Assembly: GCA_040901985.1 (NCBI GenBank)
Contig: JBBDYC010000009.1
Span: 248,644 to 312,643 of the forward strand
Direction: 5' to 3'
From: Gemmatimonadaceae bacterium
GTDB taxonomy: Bacteria > Gemmatimonadota > Gemmatimonadetes > Gemmatimonadales > Gemmatimonadaceae
Length of the DNA stretch: 64,000 bases
The translations under genes were made by a program, and so were the position numbers. Below, one piece after another: positions 22,484 through 31,324 of this stretch (positions are counted from its first letter, which is position 1; every line of letters starts with the position of its first letter). The notes beneath the pieces were generated by a model. That model was not told the origin of the DNA. It saw only the letters and a list, made by a program, of their open reading frames with translations, and did no database searches.

Positions 22484-23485
22484 CTAGGCATTCTTGCTAA
22501 TCATTCCGAACACGAGAATCTGTCGGTGACGCCCTCGTCCCCACGCTCGCCAGTGACCAGCTAGTTCACAACTCACGCGTTGTTTGTCAGGAGTTCGCCC
22601 GTAGAGGGGCACCCTTGCCTGACCTGCAGAGACAGATTCTTCAGTTTCCATGGTCTGCCGTAGAAACGCCTCCATTCGTTCGCCCTGCTCCAAAGCCTCC
22701 GAGCCCCAATGTGGAGGCTTGACACCCTTAAGGGAGCCCAATTTCTGCCACGAGTCATGAACTCGCAAGGCAAGACGTCCCTGTCCCGCTCCCGTATCCC
22801 GCGTATACGCGAGAAGCATGCAGAAGAACTCCCCCGGAAGAGCAGAGAGTAGACTTGCTGGACGCTCTGCTATGAGACGCCGAATCGCGCAGCGGATGCT
22901 AACTTCGAACTCATCGGCGACTAGTTCAACCAGCTCGCCAAACGTATCACATATACTCGGATCCAGTGCGATCCGACTAGCAATGAACTCATTCAACGCG
23001 TCAAGCGGAACAAGCAGACGCCCCGCGCTGTAATTGCAGACCTTTTCCTCAGCTAACGACAGGACTCTCGCTACGCGGAGACGATCCCCCGGCGATGCCT
23101 CCCCGACTGCAACTGCAAGCGCACGCCTCAACCGCCCATTCGACTTCACGTAGAGAAAACGATGAGCAAACTCGTGCGCGTACGCGAAACGGTCCGCCCG
23201 AAATCGTGCCCAGCGCTCCGAGGAACTCCCTGACCCGGGAAGCGTAATCACAAATTCCTGGGCTTCGCTGTTATATCTGAGCTTCGCTCCGCTAGCCAAC
23301 GGATCCCTACTAGGCTTCGGGCGAATCTGAAATTGCTCCGCCACCGCTTGCAGGCGTACCGGAATCGTCGACCCTTTTGAGTTGTAAAGAGCGGCCTCCA
23401 CTTCGCCTACTATCGTTCGCTCTAGCTCTTGCAGGCTTCCTAAGCCGAGAATCTCGAGGTATCTGTGAGTTGCAGTCTGGGCCAT
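22484..23485 (-). CDS. ImmA/IrrE-family Zn metallopeptidase with HTH and additional C-terminal domain
   Basis: RFAYAHEFAH, EEKVCN..AGRLLVP, ADEFEVS..CA..RL; GAGGA RBS. Confidence 0.8.
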   Translation of the reverse strand: MAQTATHRYLEILGLGSLQELERTIVGEVEAALYNSKGSTIPVRLQAVAEQFQIRPKPSRDPLASGAKLRYNSEAQEFVITLPGSGSSSERWARFRADRFAYAHEFAHRFLYVKSNGRLRRALAVAVGEASPGDRLRVARVLSLAEEKVCNYSAGRLLVPLDALNEFIASRIALDPSICDTFGELVELVADEFEVSIRCAIRRLIAERPASLLSALPGEFFCMLLAYTRDTGAGQGRLALRVHDSWQKLGSLKGVKPPHWGSEALEQGERMEAFLRQTMETEESVSAGQARVPLYGRTPDKQRVSCELAGHWRAWGRGRHRQILVFGMISKNA

Positions 23486-23501
23486 TGTAATCCTCACGTT
23501 C

Positions 23502-23762
23502 GAATATCTTCAATTCAGCTTGACGCCACACGTCTCGCACTATGCTCGGCCTTCCTTTGACACCTCGGATTGCTGCGTCCTCGAGGTCCAGCTGTACCTA
23601 GGTAAAGTCATGCCAGCCCACGTGGGTAACGACGTCCACGACCACCTTTGAATATCTTCAATTCAGATTGACGCCACGCGTCTCGCATTATGCTCGGTCT
23701 TCCTTTGACACCTCGGCGTGCTGCGTCCTCGAGGTCCAGCTGTACCTCCGTAAAGTCATGCC
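23502..23762. repeat. 113-bp imperfect direct duplication (23502-23614, 23650-23762) of the HD gene 3' end
   Basis: Gap-free hand alignment, 8 mismatches. Confidence 0.92.
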
Positions 23763-26151
23763 GACCTAAGTGGGAAACGATGTCCATCAACTCGTCGTTC
23801 CCGATCTTCGCAAGATCGATCTTTGCGAGCTTAAGCACCTCTCGGAACGAATCCATTTGCTCGCCGGAAAGCCCCGCCAAGTCCATGCACTCCTGCAAGT
23901 TGGCCGTTTCGCCGAACCGATACCGAATGTCGCGGCAGTTCTCATCACTATCGATGTGAATCAGTTCGTCAAAATTGACCCCGGTCGGTCTATCGGCAGC
24001 GGCGTCAAAAGGGCTGGATAGACACACTTGCCAGAGCTTCTTGAGATCATCATCCGAGATGACCGATTCTAGATCGAGTCTAGATACATTCGTTGAGACA
24101 TTGGACATTTGGAACCAATGCCATGCGCTCTTGATCACTCGGATCAGAAAGCTCTCGGCCAGTCGAAGATGTTCCAAATGCGCCTGCTCATCTGAGCGGC
24201 ACTTGTGTCCATCGAGCATGCTGGCGAGACCGCCAGTGTAGAATAGGCCGTCACTTCCGAACACGTAGATCTTCCACATCGCTGCGTACTGTGATTCCGC
24301 ATTCACGAGCCCAGAACGCAGTCTTTCGAGGACAGAGGCAGGAACCGCTTCAGCACTCGAGGCGCTATCTGTCACCAGTTCATCGATACGCCCTACCGCC
24401 TCGTTAGCCCTAACGACGATCCCTGGATCCTTGTAGAGTTGCTTGTATGGAGTGGTCCACAGGATCACTCGGCGCGGCAGCACGTCTCTCATCCACTTTG
24501 GGTCGGGAGGAGTCAAAGTACCATCGACGAACTGTTCGAGTTCCTGCATCGATTCAAACGAATGATCAAGCAGGCGCTCAACTAGCCAGCACGCTGTGCA
24601 AAGAAACGGCGCAAAGTACTGGGAATCTAGAATCGCCCCGAGTCGCCTGAGCCATTCTTCCCGCTCCTCGATGGGGGAGTTTGCTGCATCAGCTCCCTTC
24701 AATAGCGCGAACGCTTGATCTCCCGAAAGTATCATAAGCGGTCGGTAGATGCGCCGCTCAATCAGCTTACGGGCCAGGCGGCTATGCGGTGTGCCGAGGT
24801 GACCGTCGCGAGGTAGGTCCGCCAACTGCTGCAAGAAGAGATCGTCGCCCTGCAGCGCATGAAGAGAGGATCCGACTTGATAGAGCTGTGCAATGGTTGG
24901 CCTTTCGTCACCAGCTAAGGCAATCGCTCGAGCGAGCATCGCGATTGCACCCTGCACTACGCGGTGAAATACCGCTTTCTCATGAATCTCATGGCGAAAA
25001 TCAACCATGCGAAACACATCGTTGATTCGTTCGGACCGAATTACGCCACGCTTATAGTCGTTGAGATCAATCGCGCACTGTGCGAGACGTTCTGGCTTCC
25101 ACCCCGATGGACCACCCAAGGCGAGAACTCGAGACTGCGGCACAGCGACGAGTGTGTAGACGTCGAGCAGCTTGGGATCTATGGACTTCTGCATGCCCAA
25201 CCGTCGCGCATCCCGATGCAGATAGTCGAGCAAATCCGCACTAAGCGTATCCCCGACGATGTCGTGCCTGTACGGTTGATACCAAGCCCGGTGCAGTTTC
25301 TCGTGCATCGCAGCAGGGCCTAGCCCCCATTTAATCTTTTCCCTCTTCTCCGTATCAAAACTGGTAACGAGGTTGATCGTCGGACCCCGGAGAGCATCCT
25401 TGACAGATTCAAACACCAATAGATGAAACAGGAGCGATGGAAGAATTCGCTTACCTCTATCTCGTTCAGGCCATTCTTGGCACGCTTCGACGAAGAGACG
25501 CAGATGAGCTCCCTCATCTTTGGCGGCATCCTCCACAAGCAGTCGCCAAAACGCCGACGAGTGTTCGGCTAGGACTCTCGCAAGGATCGAGTCTGCACGA
25601 TCGAAGAGGAGGACGTAGAGCGCTGGATTCTCTTCGAAATCGTCATGCTTCTCATAGGGTCCATAGTAGGACTTAACCTTCGTAGCCCGGTCGTTGTACC
25701 GATGAGTCTTCTTCTCTATGTCGTGCGAGAACGGAGCGTGCGGGATGTCATGCAGAAGCCCCGCGAGCGAGATAAGAAAGCGCTCAGCTCGCGTAATCGT
25801 GGGGAGCGGTTGATTCGGCCTTCCGACAGCTTTGCGTTGCGCGGAGATCCTTGGCGTGTTCTCGTTCAGGTGGTCGACGAGTTCCTTCGCCTTAGCACAC
25901 GCACCAATGCTGTGGATGCCTCGAGAGTGGTTCGCCGTGTGATAGACGAGATCAACGAGCCCAAGCTGGGCTACCCGAAACAGTCGCTGAAACTCCGGTG
26001 TGTCAATACAGTCACTTTCGATTCGATTGAGACGCACGCCTCCCCACAAATCGTCGAGAAACTCCTCCCTATCATCAAAAAGCGAACTTGCCTCATGGGT
26101 CACTTCGAACTCCCGGAGCGGTGTCCGCCTGTTTTTTTTCACTACCTGCAA
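23608..26151 (-). CDS. Large HD-superfamily phosphohydrolase (SAMHD1/dGTPase-like) with long C-terminal extension
   Basis: IDTPEFQRL...QLG..DLVY..ANHSRGIHSIG, LLHDIPHAPFSH, ADLLDYLHRD; start uncertain. Confidence 0.85.
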   Translation of the reverse strand: MQVVKKNRRTPLREFEVTHEASSLFDDREEFLDDLWGGVRLNRIESDCIDTPEFQRLFRVAQLGLVDLVYHTANHSRGIHSIGACAKAKELVDHLNENTPRISAQRKAVGRPNQPLPTITRAERFLISLAGLLHDIPHAPFSHDIEKKTHRYNDRATKVKSYYGPYEKHDDFEENPALYVLLFDRADSILARVLAEHSSAFWRLLVEDAAKDEGAHLRLFVEACQEWPERDRGKRILPSLLFHLLVFESVKDALRGPTINLVTSFDTEKREKIKWGLGPAAMHEKLHRAWYQPYRHDIVGDTLSADLLDYLHRDARRLGMQKSIDPKLLDVYTLVAVPQSRVLALGGPSGWKPERLAQCAIDLNDYKRGVIRSERINDVFRMVDFRHEIHEKAVFHRVVQGAIAMLARAIALAGDERPTIAQLYQVGSSLHALQGDDLFLQQLADLPRDGHLGTPHSRLARKLIERRIYRPLMILSGDQAFALLKGADAANSPIEEREEWLRRLGAILDSQYFAPFLCTACWLVERLLDHSFESMQELEQFVDGTLTPPDPKWMRDVLPRRVILWTTPYKQLYKDPGIVVRANEAVGRIDELVTDSASSAEAVPASVLERLRSGLVNAESQYAAMWKIYVFGSDGLFYTGGLASMLDGHKCRSDEQAHLEHLRLAESFLIRVIKSAWHWFQMSNVSTNVSRLDLESVISDDDLKKLWQVCLSSPFDAAADRPTGVNFDELIHIDSDENCRDIRYRFGETANLQECMDLAGLSGEQMDSFREVLKLAKIDLAKIGNDELMDIVSHLGRHDFTEVQLDLEDAARRGVKGRPSIMRDAWRQSELKIFKGGRGRRYPRGLA

Positions 26152-26740
26152 TCTACGGAGTCACTGGATAGCCATCAAGAGGACTCACCGTCTTGACTGC
26201 TCGACGCGCGATAGCTAACCGCTCTTTCTAACCTACTGCCACACAATCACTTAGTCGTCCGCCGCAGTCGGCAATCGCGCGGCATTTTGGATCATTCTAG
26301 GAATGCTCCAGGTCTCAGTAACCCTTCGGTATGAAGGGCAAGCAATCGATACCGAGACAGGCTGGAGGATTCGACTACTCTCAGTTTCTGGCACCTCGTG
26401 TCAGTGCGAACGACGTAGCAGGGCGCTCAACCGGGAGTATCGCTGAGTGAAGAGAACCACCTTGCTCTGCTTTGTCGGGGCTTCGACGAACGGTGCTAGC
26501 ACCTCGCGGACCACCGGCCAGTATACAAGGGACAACGCGCGCGTCGCGCAATCTATGCGAGTCGTTCGCCAGCAAGTCGCCTATTTGACTGACTGATGGC
26601 AAGAATCAATTCTTGCTGTGCGCTCCCTCGTGGAACAAGAGGGTTTCCTTGACCGAACGATCATGTGGACGATTCAGTCAAGCGAACTGCGGATCGAACA
26701 GCAAATGATTTCGCGGGATGATTAACCGGAGCGCCGACGA

Positions 26741-27223
26741 TCAATTCGTAGGTACGCCTAGAACGACGAGGGCCAACGCTGCAGCATCAAATAGGTTCAT
26801 TCGAGTGTCTTCCGCCTGCCAGAGCGCCCTAACACGTGGACGCCGCCGACGCAATTCGGGAAATCGGTTGGCAATCGCGGCCGCGATTGCCGCCTTCGTG
26901 ACTTCGCCAAAGAAGGCACGTACGATCGTTCGGGACACCTGGCAAAGACCCATCTGCCGGTCCGCCACAAATTGAATCGCAAGAGCCTGCCTCCGCAGTG
27001 CCGCCGGTCGCTGACTGGGCGCATACAGATTCTCAAGTGCCAAGACTGAAGGCCTGCCGCGCTCAATGTGAGTCGAGAGTCGAGCTACGAACGCCGCATC
27101 ACCCTGCTTCCCGAACGTGCTGAAGCCGTGGTCAAGTAGGCCCCATTTCGCGTCGATCAAGGCATAGCCAAATCCCTTGGCTGACAGATCGATCGCGAGA
27201 ACTCGTAGCGTTCTTTTTTTCAT
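26741..27223 (-). CDS. RuvC/RNase H-like fold protein
   Basis: VLAIDLSAKGFGYA, LALE, TKAAIA, NLFDAAALAL match the D..E..D pattern. Confidence 0.65.
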   Translation of the reverse strand: MKKRTLRVLAIDLSAKGFGYALIDAKWGLLDHGFSTFGKQGDAAFVARLSTHIERGRPSVLALENLYAPSQRPAALRRQALAIQFVADRQMGLCQVSRTIVRAFFGEVTKAAIAAAIANRFPELRRRRPRVRALWQAEDTRMNLFDAAALALVVLGVPTN

Positions 27224-27573
27224 TCAGTTGCTTCACCAATACATCTCCTGATAATCCGCTTAAGGGACTCGCACTTCTCTGCTCGTGCGGGATCCTTGGC
27301 CCGATGCACCATACTCTTGAGAAGTTTCTGTGCCCTCAGGCGCACCCGGCCTGCCACCAGCGCACATTCATCTTCGTGGATCTCTTCGACGCCCGCGCCG
27401 AAGATGACTGCGTATGCGAGGGCAACTTCGAGGGGCGGCGCGCACACACCGGTTTCGTGTCGCGAGACGCGCGTTCCGGTGAGGGCGCCAAGGAGGAAGG
27501 CCACGTCGTCTTGCGAAAGCGCGGTGCGACGGCGCAAGGCCTTGAGGAATGGAACGGGGGTTCTTTTCTTCAT
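27220..27573 (-). CDS. XRE-family HTH regulator
   Basis: LRRRTALSQDDVAFLLG...VSRHETG; ATGA overlap with the RuvC-like gene. Confidence 0.8.
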   Translation of the reverse strand: MKKRTPVPFLKALRRRTALSQDDVAFLLGALTGTRVSRHETGVCAPPLEVALAYAVIFGAGVEEIHEDECALVAGRVRLRAQKLLKSMVHRAKDPARAEKCESLKRIIRRCIGEATE

Positions 27574-27662
27574 TTGTCAAAGTACAAACAGACTATCAAT
27601 CACCAAGCCCGAGCCCGAGAGGGACATTCTTGCGCAGAACGCACACCCAACGCTGCTCTAAA

Positions 27663-27691
27663 GTGGACGTGGGGACTTCGGGGACTTCGGG
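27663..27691 (-). repeat. GTCCCCGAA-type motif, inverted copy
   Basis: Minus strand CCCGAAGTCCCCGAAGTCCCCACGTCCAC; 21/23 match to 31054-31076. Confidence 0.85.
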
Positions 27692-27716
27692 TAAACCGAC
27701 GACGGAGTAACGGCTG

Positions 27717-29015
27717 CTATGATTGTTCGTCTAGATTGGTGCCGTAGCGCTGGAAAAGCGCCTGGAGTCTCCCTTCTTCATTGATGTGGATGACGAACGA
27801 CCCGTTGCTCTTGACCGCACGCAAACCCAATCGCGTCCGGAGCTGATGGCCAACCCAGCGAGGCGTCACGGGACGCCCAAAGTCAAAACCAAAGCGAACA
27901 CCGAATCGACTCGCGATTTCTTTTATGCCAAGCGGTACGGACTCCCGCCGCATCTCTGCTATGATATCAAGAAGTTGCGCCTCCACGCCCACCCCTCTCT
28001 CAGCCTTCAAAGCCCAACTCGTCGTTTCGGCGAGTCGATGCAACCGCTCACGCGCTTCGTCATCAACCGCCACGGCTAGAAGCGGCGCAAATACTTGAGC
28101 CACTCGCGCCTCTATGTGTGGCGCTCGCGCCACTACTGCCGGGCCGAACTCGTGCCGGCGTCGCACACGGTACATCAGGAGCTGATTCTGGAGCGCGATA
28201 GCACCTTCGTGAAATGCCTCTGGTAAGCTGAGCGGAATGTCGTCGCGTGGAGGCAGTCCGACCATTTCTTCCGTGATGCAGCGGCTCTCGAGCGCCCGAT
28301 CCTCGAACGATCGCCGCGTGGCAATCACCTTCGGCCCGTAGACGGCGAACGCTCTCGGATTGAACTCCTTTCCTGGAGTCGCCTCACTCCGTAGCACCGG
28401 AAAGCCCTTGGCGTTTCCGTTGTTGAGAATCTTCACAATCTCAGCCCGCTCATCGGACAATCGAAAGTCGCTTTCGTCCATGATCAGCGTGCCGCGAAAC
28501 TCATCAATGATCCGAAAGAGCGGCGATACGGTCGATGCCCCACTCGCAAACATCGGCTTGTAGCAGAGGGCTCCGATGGTCTGAAGGCATCTCGTCTTGC
28601 CGCTACCGAAGTCTCCCTTGAGCCTCAGGTACGGCAGCTCATTGAACGCATCGTAGATCCAAGTGAGAAGGACGTAGTGCGCCGCAGCTTCTTCAAAAGC
28701 GGGCGACAGATCCGCATATCGATGAATGAACTGACTGACCGCCTCTATCAGAGACATTTCCGACTCATAGTCGGCCACACCCGATGGGAACTTCACTACT
28801 CCGTGGGCAATCAAGTTGTTATCGGCCGAGTACGCACGCACCTGACCGAGTTGTGGCAGATCTAGGATACAGCCCTGCTCGACATGTCCGTGCCCTAGAC
28901 GCACCAGTTCAACATCGCCCGCTGGGTATGCAGCTAGCGTTTCGACAATGCTGCCGTCGTCGAGAACTGCTGACACCAGCGTGCGTACTTTTGGCTTCTG
29001 AGTTTCGTGTGCCAT
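27717..29015 (-). CDS. P-loop NTPase, replication/primase-associated (DUF3631-like) with wHTH-like C-terminus
   Basis: Walker A GDFGSGKT, Walker B LIMDE, ILNNG, ALESRC. Confidence 0.6.
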   Translation of the reverse strand: MAHETQKPKVRTLVSAVLDDGSIVETLAAYPAGDVELVRLGHGHVEQGCILDLPQLGQVRAYSADNNLIAHGVVKFPSGVADYESEMSLIEAVSQFIHRYADLSPAFEEAAAHYVLLTWIYDAFNELPYLRLKGDFGSGKTRCLQTIGALCYKPMFASGASTVSPLFRIIDEFRGTLIMDESDFRLSDERAEIVKILNNGNAKGFPVLRSEATPGKEFNPRAFAVYGPKVIATRRSFEDRALESRCITEEMVGLPPRDDIPLSLPEAFHEGAIALQNQLLMYRVRRRHEFGPAVVARAPHIEARVAQVFAPLLAVAVDDEARERLHRLAETTSWALKAERGVGVEAQLLDIIAEMRRESVPLGIKEIASRFGVRFGFDFGRPVTPRWVGHQLRTRLGLRAVKSNGSFVIHINEEGRLQALFQRYGTNLDEQS

Positions 29016-29197
29016 TGTGACAGCGTACCGCGATTCCGGCAGGGACGCAGGAGGGCGTGCGATGCGCGCCGCGTTGTCCCCAAGTGCAATTCGACATTCT
29101 GAATTAAGAATTGCAGAATTGCCCTGCGGCCGGCGATCGCTAACCGCGCAGGTTCCGCCCACTCGGGCGATTGCCGTCGGGCCAGTACGCTTTCGGA

Positions 29198-29380
29198 ATG
29201 AAGCTCACCGACGAACAGCTCGAAACCTTCATCGCTTGCTGGAGGGCGGACTTCGGTGAAGTCCTAACCAAAGACCAGGCGCGAGCCGAAGCGATGCGAC
29301 TTCTCAGTTTCTTCATCACGCTAACTAACTATACGCAACGCCGGACCCAGCACCCAGATACCAGGGCTCTCAACAAATGA
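29198..29380 (+). CDS. Small helical protein immediately upstream of the serine recombinase
   Basis: MKLTDEQLETF...FGEVLTKDQA; stop 1 nt before the recombinase ATG. Confidence 0.65.
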   Translation: MKLTDEQLETFIACWRADFGEVLTKDQARAEAMRLLSFFITLTNYTQRRTQHPDTRALNK

Positions 29381-29381
29381 C

Positions 29382-30998
29382 ATGAACTTCTTCATCTACT
29401 GCCGCAAGTCAACCGATTCCGAAGATCGGCAGGTCCTGTCGATTGAATCGCAGCGCAACGAGGCACACAAAGTCGCGGGTACTGTGCCAGGCGCCGTTGT
29501 GGTGGAGATCCTCGAGGAATCCAAGAGCGCAAAACGGCCTGGGCGCTTGGTGTTCGATGCGATGCTTGACCGCATTGAGAGCAGAGAGGCGGACGGGATC
29601 ATCTGCTGGCATCCTGATCGCCTCGCACGCAATGCGGTGGATGGCGGGCGCATCATACATATGCTGGATACCGGAGTACTAAAAGACCTCCGATTCTCGA
29701 CCGGCCAATTCGAGAACAACCCACAGGGCAAGCTCATGCTTTCCATGCTCTTCGGGTTCTCGAAATACTATGTGGACAGCTTGGCGGAGAACGTCAAGCG
29801 CGGGAACCGGGCCAAGGTAGGCAAAGGGTGGAGGCCTACCACGCCACCGTTGGGATATCTGACGGACCCAGTGACAAAGACGATCGTAGCCGATCCGTCG
29901 CGCTTCGACGCGATTCAAGCGCTCTTCCAGATGATGCTAACGGGCACGAGCTCGCCCCGGCAACTTCTTGACGCCGCCAATAGTAAGTGGGCCCTCAGGA
30001 CCCGTCCGCGCCCACGCGGAGGAAATGCCCCGCTCCACCTCAGCGCCGTCTATGCGATGCTAAAGAACCCGTTCTACGCAGGAGTCTTCGCATGGGAAGG
30101 GCGAATGCATGCTGGGAAACACCAGCCCATGATCTCGCTCGCGGAGTTCGAAAGAATCCGGGAGCTGCTGGGTCGACCACACCGCCCGCGTCCGATTCGG
30201 CGAACGTTTCCGTATACCGGCATCATCCGGTGCGGAGCATGCGGTCTTGCCGTTACCGCTGAGGCCAAGATAAACAGACACGGGCATCATTACACGTATT
30301 ACCACTGCACGCGACGCAAGCGTGGTTCATTCTGTCGTGAGCGGTGCGTTACGGAGCAACTGATAGAACACGAGGTGCTGGCGTTGCTCGACAACATCCG
30401 CATTTCGAAGGCAAGTGCCGGATGGATTGAAGACCATTTGCCGCAGATGGATGACACCGATGGGGCAGCCCGCGACGCACGTCAAGCTTCATTGTCCTCC
30501 GCGATTGACACCCTCGACCGCGAGATCAGTACCCTGACCGGCTTGCGCATCCGAGAGATTGTAGACGACCAGGAGTTTTTCAGGGAACGCGAGGCGCTTA
30601 CTGGCCGCCGGCTAGCGCTGGTACAAGAGGTCACGGCGCTCGCGGTGCCCACGGACTGGATCGAACCCCTCAGAGTCCTCATTTCGTTCAGCGATAGAGC
30701 CGCAGAACTGTTCCGCGATGGCGACGCGACCATTCGACGCCTAATAGTCGAAACCGTATGTTCGAACCTCGTCCTGCAGAACAGAAAACTGAGCGTTGAA
30801 GCCACGAAACCGTTCCTCAGAACGGGCTCGGCGGCCTCCAGTTCAGAACTGCGGGCAGTGATGAAGGACGTTCGAACCCTTTTGCACGATCACGACGACG
30901 TCTTTACAGACATCATATCAAATATCACACGGATATTCTCTCTAACCAAAAAGGCACCGCCAAGGGACGAAACCCAGGGCAGTGCCTTTTCCTCGTGA
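29382..30998 (+). CDS. Large serine recombinase (resolvase + recombinase + Zn ribbon)
   Basis: IYCRKS, SIESQ, DRLARN, PLGY, NPFYAG, CGACG, YYHC. Confidence 0.95.
   Translation: MNFFIYCRKSTDSEDRQVLSIESQRNEAHKVAGTVPGAVVVEILEESKSAKRPGRLVFDAMLDRIESREADGIICWHPDRLARNAVDGGRIIHMLDTGVLKDLRFSTGQFENNPQGKLMLSMLFGFSKYYVDSLAENVKRGNRAKVGKGWRPTTPPLGYLTDPVTKTIVADPSRFDAIQALFQMMLTGTSSPRQLLDAANSKWALRTRPRPRGGNAPLHLSAVYAMLKNPFYAGVFAWEGRMHAGKHQPMISLAEFERIRELLGRPHRPRPIRRTFPYTGIIRCGACGLAVTAEAKINRHGHHYTYYHCTRRKRGSFCRERCVTEQLIEHEVLALLDNIRISKASAGWIEDHLPQMDDTDGAARDARQASLSSAIDTLDREISTLTGLRIREIVDDQEFFREREALTGRRLALVQEVTALAVPTDWIEPLRVLISFSDRAAELFRDGDATIRRLIVETVCSNLVLQNRKLSVEATKPFLRTGSAASSSELRAVMKDVRTLLHDHDDVFTDIISNITRIFSLTKKAPPRDETQGSAFSS
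30948..30986 (-). terminator. Intrinsic terminator-like hairpin on the minus strand inside the repeat
   Basis: GGCACUGCC-16nt-GGCGGUGCC-UUUUU (9-bp stem, one GU pair). Confidence 0.65.
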
Positions 30999-31008
30999 TT
31001 CATTCTCT

Positions 31009-31036
31009 ATTATAGAAATCCTTGAATCTCTGTCAA
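31009..31036 (-). promoter_or_regulatory. Consensus sigma70 promoter, antisense to the recombinase 3' end
   Basis: TTGACA-16nt-TATAAT; copy 2 has TTGACA-16nt-TATCAT (33411-33438). Confidence 0.8.
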
Positions 31037-31089
31037 TCGACTCTCTTACCAATGTCCCCGAAGTCCCCATGTCTACCCCGAATTACTGT

Positions 31090-31302
31090 CTAGGTCGTGT
31101 GGCATGGGTTGCAGCAGTAGTAACAACCATTAGTGTCTGAGAAGTGCGTCCTAGCCACCTTCATCGCGTCTCCACATGAGCTGAACGATCCAAGGTATAT
31201 GGCATTACTCGAGTCAGGAAAGTACGAGCATCCAGATACGTGAACTTCGTGATCGTAAGAACCTGGCTGAGCATTTTTGTTTACGTAGTAGCTTTTATTC
31301 AT
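31090..31302 (-). CDS. Small His/Cys-rich putative Zn-binding protein
   Basis: YYVNKNAQ...DHEVH..GC...GCYYCC..CH. Confidence 0.75.
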   Translation of the reverse strand: MNKSYYVNKNAQPGSYDHEVHVSGCSYFPDSSNAIYLGSFSSCGDAMKVARTHFSDTNGCYYCCNPCHTT

Positions 31303-31324
31303 TTTTTGTTTCGTTAGATGTTAA

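Larger units (their letters stand above)
30850..31077 (+). repeat. 228-bp direct repeat copy 1 (recombinase 3' end + downstream)
   Basis: Gap-free match to 33252-33479, 22 mismatches by hand count (~90%). Confidence 0.95.

Noticed and set aside
23502..23762. DGR template/variable repeat pair
   Set aside because: Mismatches are not adenine-specific on either strand and there is no reverse transcriptase in the window.
30960..30980. Hammerhead ribozyme suggested by GGACGAAAC
   Set aside because: No upstream CTGAnGA core in either repeat copy.
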